From IMG/VR virus record IMGVR_UViG_2830687482_000006, positions 11,083 to 75,082 of that record: a stretch of 64,000 nucleotides of DNA. The stretch is one strand, 5' to 3'. Origin of the DNA: a virus. Taxonomy: Duplodnaviria > Caudoviricetes. A program made the translations under genes and the position numbers. The notes under the pieces are model-generated. The model was not told where the DNA came from and ran no database searches. It saw nothing but the letters and a program-made list of their open reading frames with translations. Shown here piece by piece: positions 55,088 through 63,894 of the stretch; the stretch's first letter is position 1; each line of letters opens with the position of its first letter.

Positions 55088-55338
55088 TAATCCGTTGCCG
55101 AGCTACGCCAACCTCCATAATCCTCGGGAGTAACGTAACTACCTTCCCCATCATAGCGGCCTTCGTTTCCCACCCCGTAATATTGAGAACCACCGCTGCC
55201 TCTAGCTTTGGTCCAAGGCATATCATAAAAGCCTATCCGGGTTTTCGTTTCATCCGCTAATTTAGTTGCTTCATCAAGCAGGAGTTTCACTTCCTGCTTG
55301 ATGGTAGCAATGCGAGCGAGCTTATCTTGGTCGAGCAT
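55081..55338 (-). CDS. Small protein with C-terminal WxSS...C motif (paralogue 1)
   Basis: Coiled N-terminus, Gly/Tyr-rich tail, ends GGWRSSATDYC. Confidence 0.55.
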   Translation of the reverse strand: MLDQDKLARIATIKQEVKLLLDEATKLADETKTRIGFYDMPWTKARGSGGSQYYGVGNEGRYDGEGSYVTPEDYGGWRSSATDYC

Positions 55339-55617
55339 TTAACAACCCATGCTCGAAGAGGACCAACCTTCATCGTCCCATTCGCTCTTTACAGGATTGT
55401 AACATAAACCTCCCGCCCCATAAGGCAAAAAGTTTAAGCCACTAAGATCAAACTGCAAACGACTGGTATCGGCTAAAGCCTGTCCCTCGGCGGCAAGTTG
55501 ATTGATTTCTTTAACGATTTCCGCCATTCGGTTGGTGACGTCAGGTGTCACCTGCTCACGCAATTTCTTTGCATGAGCTTCAACTTCTTGCAATTCTTCT
55601 AAAGCTGACTTATTCAT
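55339..55617 (-). CDS. Small protein with C-terminal WxSS...C motif (paralogue 2)
   Basis: Ends EGWSSSSMGC. Confidence 0.55.
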   Translation of the reverse strand: MNKSALEELQEVEAHAKKLREQVTPDVTNRMAEIVKEINQLAAEGQALADTSRLQFDLSGLNFLPYGAGGLCYNPVKSEWDDEGWSSSSMGC

Positions 55618-55627
55618 TTCATTCTCC

Positions 55628-55960
55628 TTAGCTAAGGGTTACTTTTACCACAGGTGCTTGTCCCCGAGTGATCTTCTCTTCTTTACGGACAACTCCCTGC
55701 TTAACCAAGTTTGCTTGGATGCTCTCATCTAGGCGGGCAAACACTGTGCTGTCAAGAGCAAAACTAAACATACCTGTAGGACGGTCAAAGGTTCTTTTTG
55801 TTACCGAGACCTTTCCAATACCAGTTGTGAAGGTTTCACCCTCGTCACCAACAAGTTCAATGAGACGAACCTTAGCCTCTACTAGAGAAGCTTCGGCTTT
55901 CTTTATACCTGCGGCAAGAGTTGCAATTTCAAGCGCAGTGCTTTGGGTCATTGTTGTCAT
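55628..55960 (-). CDS. Hypothetical protein
   Basis: 110 aa with RBS and host-like codons. Confidence 0.5.
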   Translation of the reverse strand: MTTMTQSTALEIATLAAGIKKAEASLVEAKVRLIELVGDEGETFTTGIGKVSVTKRTFDRPTGMFSFALDSTVFARLDESIQANLVKQGVVRKEEKITRGQAPVVKVTLS

Positions 55961-56126
55961 TTCCTAATTCCTTTGTGATACGAATTTTAATATGATTAAA
56001 GGGAGTCACGGCCCGTAGGGTCGGTAATTCAGTCTCCCTAGCGAATGTGACCGAAAGTGGTCGATTACTTTTGAGCTTCTGCATCGAAGTCCAAAAGCGT
56101 TTAGCATGATCTTCGAGTAATGTCAC
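55929..56126 (-). CDS. Small hypothetical protein
   Basis: Fills the gap between neighbours on the coding strand. Confidence 0.35.
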   Translation of the reverse strand: MTLLEDHAKRFWTSMQKLKSNRPLSVTFARETELPTLRAVTPFNHIKIRITKELGNDNNDPKHCA

Positions 56127-56520
56127 AAGTCTCCTTCCATTTCAAAGTGCGTTCAATTTGACTAATTGTCCAATCATGAGAAAAAGGACGACGTTCTGCC
56201 CGACAGCTCTCATGTTTATTTAATCCAGTTATTTTGGATATTTGTTGACGACTCAAGCCCCGCTCACCCATAGTAATGAGAATATCTGCTAAAAAAGCTC
56301 TAAAAGGAGCACTTTGATTAGTCATTCCATAAGGGATGGTTAATCGAGGTCCTCCCTGATAATTTTTAGGCAAAATCCTTCTAAGGGCCACAGGGTGCGT
56401 TCCCAATATTTGAGCTATATCCTCAGGATGGGTTTGGTTCTTTATCAAGATTCCAATATCCGGTGTCTCTGAGATTTCGAGCAATTTCACAAATTTTACC
56501 GAGGTTGTTTGTTCGTTCAT
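56101..56520 (-). CDS. Hypothetical protein with HTH-like segments (true start probably downstream)
   Basis: PEDIAQILGTHPVALRRIL and LSRQQISKITGLNK patterns; the 5' end overlaps the upstream ORF by about 100 bp. Confidence 0.4.
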   Translation of the reverse strand: MNEQTTSVKFVKLLEISETPDIGILIKNQTHPEDIAQILGTHPVALRRILPKNYQGGPRLTIPYGMTNQSAPFRAFLADILITMGERGLSRQQISKITGLNKHESCRAERRPFSHDWTISQIERTLKWKETCDITRRSC

Positions 56521-56734
56521 TTTTCAATGCCTGATCTAAAAGACTGTAGGTATCATTCTCGATAACTATCGAAATGTCCTTTATTGCCGACATATCTCCA
56601 ACTCTTCGAAGATACTCCATACCCCCATCCACAGCAACAGCACCACAATTACAATAAACAAAATCGTGACGGTTCCTAGAAAATGGACTTGAATGACATT
56701 TCAAACAGATGATTTGATTAGATAAAATCCTCAC
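56423..56734 (-). CDS. Small zinc-finger protein
   Basis: CLKC...HDFVYCNCGAVAVDGG..YLRRVG. Confidence 0.65.
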   Translation of the reverse strand: MRILSNQIICLKCHSSPFSRNRHDFVYCNCGAVAVDGGMEYLRRVGDMSAIKDISIVIENDTYSLLDQALKNERTNNLGKICEIARNLRDTGYWNLDKEPNPS

Positions 56735-57498
56735 AATTGAATCACAAAACCGGTGTCGTCCACCCGTCCCTTTCCTTTTGCTTTAAGCCCTACTACGATG
56801 CCTGAGGGGTCCGCAGGCCTATAATCATGTTCATCTCCATCAATAACTGAACGACCGAGATATGTTTCTGGCAATTTACCTGCAAACACTACAGCCACGT
56901 TCAGGGGCTGCTTTTCCGCAAACTTCTGATTGGTTTCATTCATAGAGAACGTCAAATGATAGTTTGAAGGGACTTTCTTCCGGTTATGGAGCTTAGTGTA
57001 GTCATAAAACTGACAATCCGGAAAAATATCAAATACTGTCACTTTTTGACAGTTTCCAGAATATTTAATCCGTTCTGCAACCCACTGATACAAATTAAAG
57101 CGAACTGATTCCCAACGAATATCCGATGTGCCATTTAGACGAATACTCGGGTCATAATTTTGACGCTTGCTCGACGCTACATGTCCTGCAAGTTCTAAGA
57201 CAAGCATGTTCATGAACGCCTCCCTATTTTCGAAAAAGGCCTTTGTTCTTTTGATGCGAGCTTCGGTTTTATTTTTAAGATATGCCGGGTTTCCGGCAGT
57301 CATTAAGCAGCTTGCTCGACAACCTGCGCTAGACATAGGACAGGTCTGATAGCCGGATAAAGTGTGAGGCGCTAAGTGAAGCACGGCTCCTAACACTCCA
57401 AGTTTCTCGTTCTTTGCTACTTTAGGGTTGGCACCCTCATTGGTTAGGAGAGAATTAACCCCTAAATTTTCCTTAATCTGTTTGAGATTTAGATACAT
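56731..57498 (-). CDS. GP88-family protein (radical-SAM-like Cys motif)
   Basis: TCPMSSAGCRASCL, IRLNGTSDI, FYDYTK, NYHLTFS, VIDGDEHD.R..D; likely start ATG 57498. Confidence 0.75.
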   Translation of the reverse strand: MYLNLKQIKENLGVNSLLTNEGANPKVAKNEKLGVLGAVLHLAPHTLSGYQTCPMSSAGCRASCLMTAGNPAYLKNKTEARIKRTKAFFENREAFMNMLVLELAGHVASSKRQNYDPSIRLNGTSDIRWESVRFNLYQWVAERIKYSGNCQKVTVFDIFPDCQFYDYTKLHNRKKVPSNYHLTFSMNETNQKFAEKQPLNVAVVFAGKLPETYLGRSVIDGDEHDYRPADPSGIVVGLKAKGKGRVDDTGFVIQL

Positions 57499-57655
57499 TA
57501 TTTTTCTCCTTAAAGTGCTCATTCATCCTTTCAAAGACAATGGCAGAGACTTTCATAGTTACTTCAAGCGGGGGCTTTCCAAATAGCTTCTTCCAAAGAT
57601 AATTGCCGGGAGTTTATTAAGAAATTCTTTTTGGAGGTGGGTTCTGGAGCAGTCG

Positions 57656-57674
57656 AAGGTTGACGGTCAACCTT
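57656..57674. repeat. Palindrome AAGGTTGAC-G-GTCAACCTT (copy 1)
   Basis: Perfect 9-bp arms. Confidence 0.9.
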
Positions 57675-57802
57675 TGGTGTTTGAAAGCCGTTCAAAAACT
57701 CATTCAACTCCTGTTGTGAGGTAGAAAGCTCAATCTTTGAATAAGATTGATCATCGCTAGTGGCTTCTATTTGAGTCCTAACATAGAACCCATTCCCCCC
57801 AT

Positions 57803-57988
57803 TTATGGGCTTTCATGATTATTGCCATATATAATTGTTTTTACAGGACGAGCTTTTACCTCATTCAAATATTTTTGGGCTAAAGCTCTTGCTGAAGTGA
57901 CTTGTTTCCAAAGCCAGATAAAGCTACCTCCGTTTATAGCATTAACGATCAAAGATAGCGCCAAGAGTTCGTGTATACAGAAGTGCAT
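57803..57988 (-). CDS. Small membrane protein
   Basis: One hydrophobic segment. Confidence 0.4.
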   Translation of the reverse strand: MHFCIHELLALSLIVNAINGGSFIWLWKQVTSARALAQKYLNEVKARPVKTIIYGNNHESP

Positions 57989-57989
57989 T

Positions 57990-58163
57990 TCATTTCCTTT
58001 TTGGTGAATAGATGCATAGAATTATGAAAAGAGTTCCAATAAGAATTGTTGCAAAAATAATTCTGTCTAATTCGTTCCTATTTAGTTGGAAGCATGAAGT
58101 TATGACTAAACCTCCAACCATGATAAATAATCCTAAGGCCGTGAGTTTTTCTCTCCAAGTCAA
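57990..58163 (-). CDS. Small two-TM membrane protein (57 aa, TTG start)
   Basis: RBS AGGAG; MTWREKLTALGLFIMVGGLVITSCF...IIFATILIGTLFIILCIY. Confidence 0.45.
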   Translation of the reverse strand: MTWREKLTALGLFIMVGGLVITSCFQLNRNELDRIIFATILIGTLFIILCIYSPKRK

Positions 58164-58225
58164 TTTTTATCTCCTAAAATTCAAGATCATCTTCTGACCG
58201 ACCAAAGTTGTCCCAAAGAAATTGT

Positions 58226-58576
58226 CTAAGGGGCATCTAATTTCTTCTTTAATTCTTCTGTCAAATTAAACTCTACAGAAATAATCTTGCCTAAATTTCT
58301 CTCAGAACCATAGTAAGTGCGAATGTAACTTTGATTCTTTTCTGACCAATCTACTATTCCACCAGAGTGGGACGAAATGCTTATTGTTCTATCTTTATTT
58401 ATAGACCAAAATTCATCACACCAAATTTTACCATTTGTGAAATTGAAAACTGGCATTCCAATGAAGTCACCATCCTCATCAAGAAATTTTTCTCTATTAT
58501 CTAGAAAATCTTCTGCACTTATAGTTACTTCATCCCATTCTCGATGAGAGACCTTATGTTCTACCGAATATTTCAT
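58226..58576 (-). CDS. Hypothetical protein
   Basis: Start moved to ATG 58576 behind GGAG; the track N-terminus merely translates the palindromes. Confidence 0.5.
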   Translation of the reverse strand: MKYSVEHKVSHREWDEVTISAEDFLDNREKFLDEDGDFIGMPVFNFTNGKIWCDEFWSINKDRTISISSHSGGIVDWSEKNQSYIRTYYGSERNLGKIISVEFNLTEELKKKLDAP

Positions 58577-58592
58577 AATCTGAACTCCAAAA

Positions 58593-58625
58593 AGGTTGAC
58601 CGTCAACCTAAGGTTGACGGTCAAC
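58593..58625. repeat. Tandem palindromes (copies 2 and 3) forming a 31-bp perfect inverted repeat
   Basis: GTTGACCGTCAACCT-A-AGGTTGACGGTCAAC at 58595-58625, intergenic downstream of rIIB. Confidence 0.9.
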
Positions 58626-58634
58626 AAGTCGCCC

Positions 58635-59585
58635 TTAAACAATAGTGATTTGACGTCCAGAAGGCTGGAGAGTCACGACAGCACCATTCTGGTCAAAACC
58701 TATGGTGTCCCCCAAACGATTTTTAGTCCGTTGCTTGGTCCCATCAGTGAAAACCAATATGATTTCTGCCCGATCTGTAACCGAGGTTTCAAGGTGAGCT
58801 ACAGTCTTACCTTTGCGGGTAGGAACTTTGTAAACCCCCGATTTAACGTCTTTGAAGACTGTCTCAGTCTCGGCAGCAGTAACTTCACCGATAACCTCAT
58901 AACGGCAGCAACGACCCTTGCTGATATTATAATCCTTCGGAAAAGCGCCCACATCACGAGGATTGACCTTGACCATCATAATTCGGCTACCACCGTGAAT
59001 GTTACCGTAATGAGGTAGATACTCGTTCGAGCAGAAATGTAGTCCATTCGAGCAAGTCTGATTTGGGTCCTCGTTGACTTGGTTGCGAGCAACCTCCACA
59101 ACCTGACCTACACTGTTATCAAATTTTCCAGTGTAGTGGTCTCGATAATCGTTACGGACAATCTTCCAAGCAATAAAACAACCATCGGGGGTGATTGGCA
59201 ACTTAGACCGCTCTAGCCACTCATACAGCCCTTCTACAGCACGGAAAGAAGGGTTCTGCATGACATTCTCCATGAATGCAATCAGGGGCTTAGCGAAGCC
59301 TTCACGACCCTCTTGAAGCAACTTGATGATACGTTTCGCCAAACCGTTGCTAACCGGACGGTCGCCATAAAAAAGCTGATCGCCTTCAACCCTAACAACA
59401 CCTCTCCCAATAGTATTGATGGTGTCACGAATGCTCATTAGGGTTACAACTGCCTCGATATCTCCCTCGGCATAGGCATCCTGAATAGCCTGATAGTTTG
59501 GGTGGTCGTTAGCGACGGTCGTAACCTTAGTGCCAATGACTACGGTGCATCCCGTCGAATTGGCAATCAATGCAATATTTTTCAT
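58635..59585 (-). CDS. rIIB: RIIB-like protein
   Basis: FMENVMQNPS...LYEWL...LPITPDGCFIAWK...GLH...VKVNPRDV. Confidence 0.9.
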   Translation of the reverse strand: MKNIALIANSTGCTVVIGTKVTTVANDHPNYQAIQDAYAEGDIEAVVTLMSIRDTINTIGRGVVRVEGDQLFYGDRPVSNGLAKRIIKLLQEGREGFAKPLIAFMENVMQNPSFRAVEGLYEWLERSKLPITPDGCFIAWKIVRNDYRDHYTGKFDNSVGQVVEVARNQVNEDPNQTCSNGLHFCSNEYLPHYGNIHGGSRIMMVKVNPRDVGAFPKDYNISKGRCCRYEVIGEVTAAETETVFKDVKSGVYKVPTRKGKTVAHLETSVTDRAEIILVFTDGTKQRTKNRLGDTIGFDQNGAVVTLQPSGRQITIV

Positions 59586-59725
59586 TTTGTGTTTCCTTTC
59601 TTGATACGTTCAACTTCTGCTCTTACTTCAATCAACGCAGCTTCGTAGCCTTGCTGATACTCACTATCTGCCGGGTCCTCATAAGTTTGGATACCCCGAT
59701 CTAGGTATGCTTCAATTTCATCCAT
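59582..59725 (-). CDS. Small acidic protein between rIIA and rIIB (47 aa)
   Basis: MDEIEAYLDRGIQTYEDPADSEYQQGYEAAL..., stop overlaps the rIIB ATG. Confidence 0.5.
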   Translation of the reverse strand: MDEIEAYLDRGIQTYEDPADSEYQQGYEAALIEVRAEVERIKKGNTK

Positions 59726-59736
59726 TCAGTTTCTGC

Positions 59737-61824
59737 TTAAAACAACATATTCCAGAAAGCTGTGGAGAGTTTTCTGGCGCTATAATCGCCAAGTGTAGAA
59801 AGTTCAAACAAAAACGGATGTTTTTTCCGTGCTTGGTCAGCTAACTGCTTAATTTTAGCCAATTGTTTTTCATAATTCACACCTAGCAAATCGTTACGAA
59901 CGATAGAATTTCCGCTATCCGTAACATCTTTGAACTCGGTCCGCAAGGCGTTTAATTGCGCCAAGGGGCCTCGCTTTGGAAATTTATTGAGCTTTGACCA
60001 TGTATCGAGTTGGTCACCGAAACTATTTTGGGCGCTATTCTCCCATTGATAATATGCTTCCGCCCAAGGTAATCGCGCATGTTTGGCTCGATATTCGGTT
60101 TTAACTTTTTCAACAGCCTCATCAACACTCACCCATAGAGGATTGTTTTCCACATCAGAATTTTCAAAGTCTGTCTTATTTAACCACGCAATGTTAGCCG
60201 GGTCGGCCAATAGGGCCGTCCGAATATTCTTGTCGGTGGACAAAGGACTAAAATTATCCATGCAGACATAAAGCCCACCATCCGTAGGTAGAGAAGAAGA
60301 CACAGTAGATGACCCACGATACGGCGCTCTAGTTCCAAGATATCTAGTTCCAAGATATACTTTGAAAGGCCGAGCGGTATAATTACCGGTGCTAGGCGCT
60401 CTAAGAACTTTAAGAGGCTCATAATTGGATAGTCGATCTACCATGTTTTGGGGAGGACACCCCAATTCCTTCAAAAATTCTACCCAATTAAGATTGCTTT
60501 TCTCACTCTCGTCTCGAAGGACCAAAATACGTTCTCCTGAGTGATCTTTAATACACTGACGCAACCTTAATATGGGTTTATCTTTTGCATCATCTATCAC
60601 AATTCGATCAATTGACCGAGGTTGGAAAGAGCCTGTAGGGTCCCACAGCCGAAATTTAGGATTTTCGGCTTGTGTGGTAGGCAAATTACGAACATTATCA
60701 CTGTAACCAAATGAACCGTAAAAAATTACAGAAATGGGATATTTTTCTGAATCTGGTTTACGAATTTCAGTCGAGAAACTCTCGCCCTGATATGTTGCAT
60801 ATTTCTTTATCATCTTATATCTGGTAGTATAGGATGCTTCCTTACTAAGTGCTTCTGCCAATTTTTTCTTAGCGTCCCAAAGACTATCGGCTTCTTCGAA
60901 AGATTTAGAAATTTGTTTTCCAAATTCTTCTCCGATGCTTTCCATAATCTTGTTCAGTTTCTCATACAGAGCATCATCATGTGTGACATGCTCACGAGAA
61001 AGAGCAATATTGGCCTCCCCAATCGGCAAGTAAATATCTATCCCAAAGCTAGCAAGATCAACTAACTTCTCATATTTGGATTTTTGATTATAACTCATTT
61101 CCTGAATATTAAGAGGATATGCTACGCCACCGATAATAATTTGGGAGCGTCCAGAACTAAGGTTCAGACCCCAATTTGGCCCACGACTATCATAGTGAAC
61201 CGGAGTGAGTTCCAGAACAGTGTTTTCTAAACGTGGTAAAGGGTCGAAATACTGAAAAGTATCTATGACAACATCGTTGAACGCTTCAATGTCGTCCTGA
61301 CGAACAGGAAAACTAACTTCAACACCATCTGGTTCGTGGGTGTTGTCCTCAGCCAAAAATGCGATTGCGGGACAACCAGTTTCGTCTTTGAAAACGGAAT
61401 AAATGCGAAGCACCCCACTTTGGTAGCATTTAATAGAATACTGCTCAGTGTAAGCAAGTGGAGCCTTCGACCCAATACCAAATCCGCCGATGAAATCGTT
61501 GGAATTTTCCTTGGTAGAGGCGTCTGTGAAAGCCATAAATTTATTCATCATAAATTCGTGACCCATTCCTGTTCCATAATCTCGCACCTTGGCAATCGGG
61601 TCTAACCTCGAGGGTAAGGTGATTAGGGGAGAAGTTGTATTCCCATTGATTTTCTGTGCATCAATCCCATTGCTAACGAGTTCCCGCCAAATAGCTACAT
61701 ATTTGTTAGCATAAATTTGATCAGCAAAAAAGTTAAACAGCTTTGCGGATGCTTTGATTGTAGCCTGTGCTACCTGTCCCACTCCGTCAGTGTGGACAGC
61801 AGTTGCTTCTGTAATAGTTTTCAT
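59737..61824 (-). CDS. rIIA: RIIA-like protein (GHKL ATPase N-terminus)
   Basis: RELVSNGIDA, VRDYGTG, STK...IGGFGIGSK, GVEVSF; 15-bp tandem duplication (YLGTR x2) at 60328-60357. Confidence 0.92.
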   Translation of the reverse strand: MKTITEATAVHTDGVGQVAQATIKASAKLFNFFADQIYANKYVAIWRELVSNGIDAQKINGNTTSPLITLPSRLDPIAKVRDYGTGMGHEFMMNKFMAFTDASTKENSNDFIGGFGIGSKAPLAYTEQYSIKCYQSGVLRIYSVFKDETGCPAIAFLAEDNTHEPDGVEVSFPVRQDDIEAFNDVVIDTFQYFDPLPRLENTVLELTPVHYDSRGPNWGLNLSSGRSQIIIGGVAYPLNIQEMSYNQKSKYEKLVDLASFGIDIYLPIGEANIALSREHVTHDDALYEKLNKIMESIGEEFGKQISKSFEEADSLWDAKKKLAEALSKEASYTTRYKMIKKYATYQGESFSTEIRKPDSEKYPISVIFYGSFGYSDNVRNLPTTQAENPKFRLWDPTGSFQPRSIDRIVIDDAKDKPILRLRQCIKDHSGERILVLRDESEKSNLNWVEFLKELGCPPQNMVDRLSNYEPLKVLRAPSTGNYTARPFKVYLGTRYLGTRAPYRGSSTVSSSLPTDGGLYVCMDNFSPLSTDKNIRTALLADPANIAWLNKTDFENSDVENNPLWVSVDEAVEKVKTEYRAKHARLPWAEAYYQWENSAQNSFGDQLDTWSKLNKFPKRGPLAQLNALRTEFKDVTDSGNSIVRNDLLGVNYEKQLAKIKQLADQARKKHPFLFELSTLGDYSARKLSTAFWNMLF

Positions 61825-61834
61825 TTTCTACTCC

Positions 61835-62464
61835 TTAAGGGGTTGACGTCAACCTTTTATTCACTCTGTTTCGGCCATAAATTCGATCTAAAAATTCTTC
61901 CTTACCAACAATTCCATTGTTCTTGACTGGGGTTAGAGAATTTCTTCCGGTAAATTTGAAATCGCAAATAGTGGTGGGTTTTAGACCGTATTCCGCTTCA
62001 ATTGAGCGTTGTGTTCGGCCCTGCTTAACCAATTCATTGAATATTGCTATGGCCCATGAGGGGTGAGTGTGTTGCTTATTGGGGTTACTTCTTTGATAAT
62101 AATAAAGCAATTCCTCGGGTCCAATAAATTGGAGGTTTCTAATTCCAAGTTCTCTCCAGTGAGGTGGATTTTTCGGGTTAAGAGCAATCTTCCTAAATCT
62201 TACCATATACTTATCAGAATTGAGTCCTCGCTTTGCGAACTGATAAGCTATCCAAGTTCTAGGCAGTTCTGGAGTGAAATAAATGGCTGTGGCGTGCATT
62301 CTCTCTTCTTCGGTATAAGCTCTAGTGCTACCTTTACCATCTCTCAGAAATTTTCTCAAAATTGAAGAACGCTCAGGATATTTGGAAAGAAGCCCAAACG
62401 ATAATAAACGAGGGCTAGGCACTTTCTTTAACTTTCTGTAGGAAAGTAATAATTCCTCTGGCAT
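61835..62464 (-). CDS. Hypothetical protein with C-terminal HTH-like motif
   Basis: QGRTQRSIEAEYGLKPTTICD. Confidence 0.45.
   Translation of the reverse strand: MPEELLLSYRKLKKVPSPRLLSFGLLSKYPERSSILRKFLRDGKGSTRAYTEEERMHATAIYFTPELPRTWIAYQFAKRGLNSDKYMVRFRKIALNPKNPPHWRELGIRNLQFIGPEELLYYYQRSNPNKQHTHPSWAIAIFNELVKQGRTQRSIEAEYGLKPTTICDFKFTGRNSLTPVKNNGIVGKEEFLDRIYGRNRVNKRLTSTP
61841..61854. repeat. Palindrome GGTTGACGTCAACC (copy 4), just upstream of the rIIA RBS
   Basis: Perfect 14-bp palindrome. Confidence 0.9.
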
Positions 62465-62606
62465 TCTTTTTCAAATTGAGGCTGATGTCAGCATCTGGTT
62501 CAGTTCCAGTTATCAAAAGTGTAGCAGCGTATATGGCTGCTTCTTCTTCACTATCAAAAAGTTTCTCTTGATACTTAAATTTTTCTACTTTCGAAATAGT
62601 TTGCAT
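62415..62606 (-). CDS. Small hypothetical protein
   Basis: 63 aa with RBS. Confidence 0.45.
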   Translation of the reverse strand: MQTISKVEKFKYQEKLFDSEEEAAIYAATLLITGTEPDADISLNLKKNARGIITFLQKVKESA

Positions 62607-62766
62607 TACTTTCTCCTATCTCAAAATCGGGACTATAATACATTTCATCCTCAACCTTTAATTGGCCTGTGCCGCGACAATTCTCACAATCGGTCAATAT
62701 GTCCCCTTGCATATGTCCAGCACCGTTGCATACAAAGCAGTTTTCAAATGAGACGCACATCGACAA
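62575..62766 (-). CDS. Small DnaJ-type zinc-finger protein
   Basis: CFVCNGAG...CENCRGTG. Confidence 0.6.
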   Translation of the reverse strand: MSMCVSFENCFVCNGAGHMQGDILTDCENCRGTGQLKVEDEMYYSPDFEIGESNANYFESRKI

Positions 62767-62974
62767 GTTCTCCTTTCACGAATACTGCCTCTACATTTTT
62801 ACGACCAGTGTGTTGATCTACAGAGGCTTGCACATTATAACGCAGAGCAATAATCTTGCCCTCAGGATAATCCGGCCTATAATTGTGAGCCTTTTCGGCA
62901 ACATTAGTTATCACTCTTTTAAGGCTTCGACCCTTACCGATTTCGATGAGGGCCTTTTCAATTATTTTTCTCAC
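62744..62974 (-). CDS. Small hypothetical protein
   Basis: 76 aa coupled ORF. Confidence 0.45.
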   Translation of the reverse strand: MRKIIEKALIEIGKGRSLKRVITNVAEKAHNYRPDYPEGKIIALRYNVQASVDQHTGRKNVEAVFVKGELVDVRLI

Positions 62975-63129
62975 AGAACCAATCCTCCAACTAATCCGCT
63001 GATCGCTATGATGCTCATATTCATTCCTACAATGTATGCAGCTTCGACCGCCAGATTGTTCCTTTTACGATTTTCGAAAGCCATTAAGGCCCCACAACTG
63101 AGCGCACCTAAAAGTAGTCCAGTCAACAT
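62971..63129 (-). CDS. Small two-TM membrane protein
   Basis: Start moved to ATG 63129 behind AGGAG. Confidence 0.5.
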   Translation of the reverse strand: MLTGLLLGALSCGALMAFENRKRNNLAVEAAYIVGMNMSIIAISGLVGGLVL

Positions 63130-63142
63130 TTCAATTCTCCTA

Positions 63143-63445
63143 TCAATAAGATTTATCAGTTTTCGGGCCGTGGTTGGTTCGCACTCCAATCGGAACAGGG
63201 GATAGAGTTTGGGCCACTACTCGCCACGCCTGACGTTCAGCTTCTACTACTGACATGTCTGGTTTTGCAATGACAAAGGTTGACGTCAACCCTTCAACTT
63301 TAGCCGAAATACGCTTGTTGCGGACTGCAATAAATCCTACAGTTCGGGCATTCTACCTTGCACGACGAGCAGCCAGTGCTTCTTTGTGAGGAACATCCCG
63401 GCGGCGGTCGGCGTAAATGTGTTGCTGGTTCTGGTTCTGGTTCAT
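63143..63445 (-). pseudogene. 100-codon ORF interrupted by one in-frame TAG (63355-63353)
   Basis: ATGA-coupled start; read-through frame ends next to the RBS of the following gene. Confidence 0.55.
63278..63291. repeat. Palindrome GGTTGACGTCAACC (copy 5)
   Basis: Perfect 14-bp palindrome. Confidence 0.9.
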
Positions 63446-63828
63446 TTTACTTCTCCATATTTATCAATAAGTTCACAGATTTGGTTTTGAATGTGGGACA
63501 ATAATCGAGGACAGTTATTTTTCAAATCAGCAATTCCTGTTCCTACCCCATCCTCTGGCCATACTACGGTTCCTCCGGCTTTTAGGTGCCGTTTAATTTT
63601 TACAAAAGCACAAAAGATAGAGGCTCGCAAGCGCCAATAACTTGCGTCAGAAGCGGGTTGTGATGGGGAAATAAGCGTTGGGATACCCACCGCATTCGGA
63701 CAACCTCGGGCAGAAAATGCCTGACCACCCATACCGACCCGGGCTAAATTATCTCCAAAAATATAGAGAGTTTCAAGATCGTCCATTATCTCTTCCCGAG
63801 AGTAGCGTTTAACGATTTTGATAGGCAT
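63442..63828 (-). CDS. Uncharacterised phage family protein, macrodomain-like motif (paralogue 2)
   Basis: YIFGDNLARVGMGGQAFSARGCPNAVGIPT...WPEDGVGTGIA. Confidence 0.6.
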   Translation of the reverse strand: MPIKIVKRYSREEIMDDLETLYIFGDNLARVGMGGQAFSARGCPNAVGIPTLISPSQPASDASYWRLRASIFCAFVKIKRHLKAGGTVVWPEDGVGTGIADLKNNCPRLLSHIQNQICELIDKYGEVK

Positions 63829-63894
63829 TATAAAATCTCCTTAAACGTAAGATAAAGCCTGAACCGCTAAATTGGCTAAGTCTAGAACCCCTGC

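Noticed and set aside
58577-58642. LTVNLRLTVNL peptide repeat at the start of track ORF 58226..58642
   Set aside because: It is the translation of the DNA palindromes; the real start is ATG 58576.
62669-63205. 178-aa + strand track ORF
   Set aside because: Antisense to four coupled - strand genes that have RBSs.
57656-63291. Palindromic repeats as a CRISPR array or protelomerase site
   Set aside because: Spacing is irregular (kb apart), with no cas genes and no protelomerase in the window.
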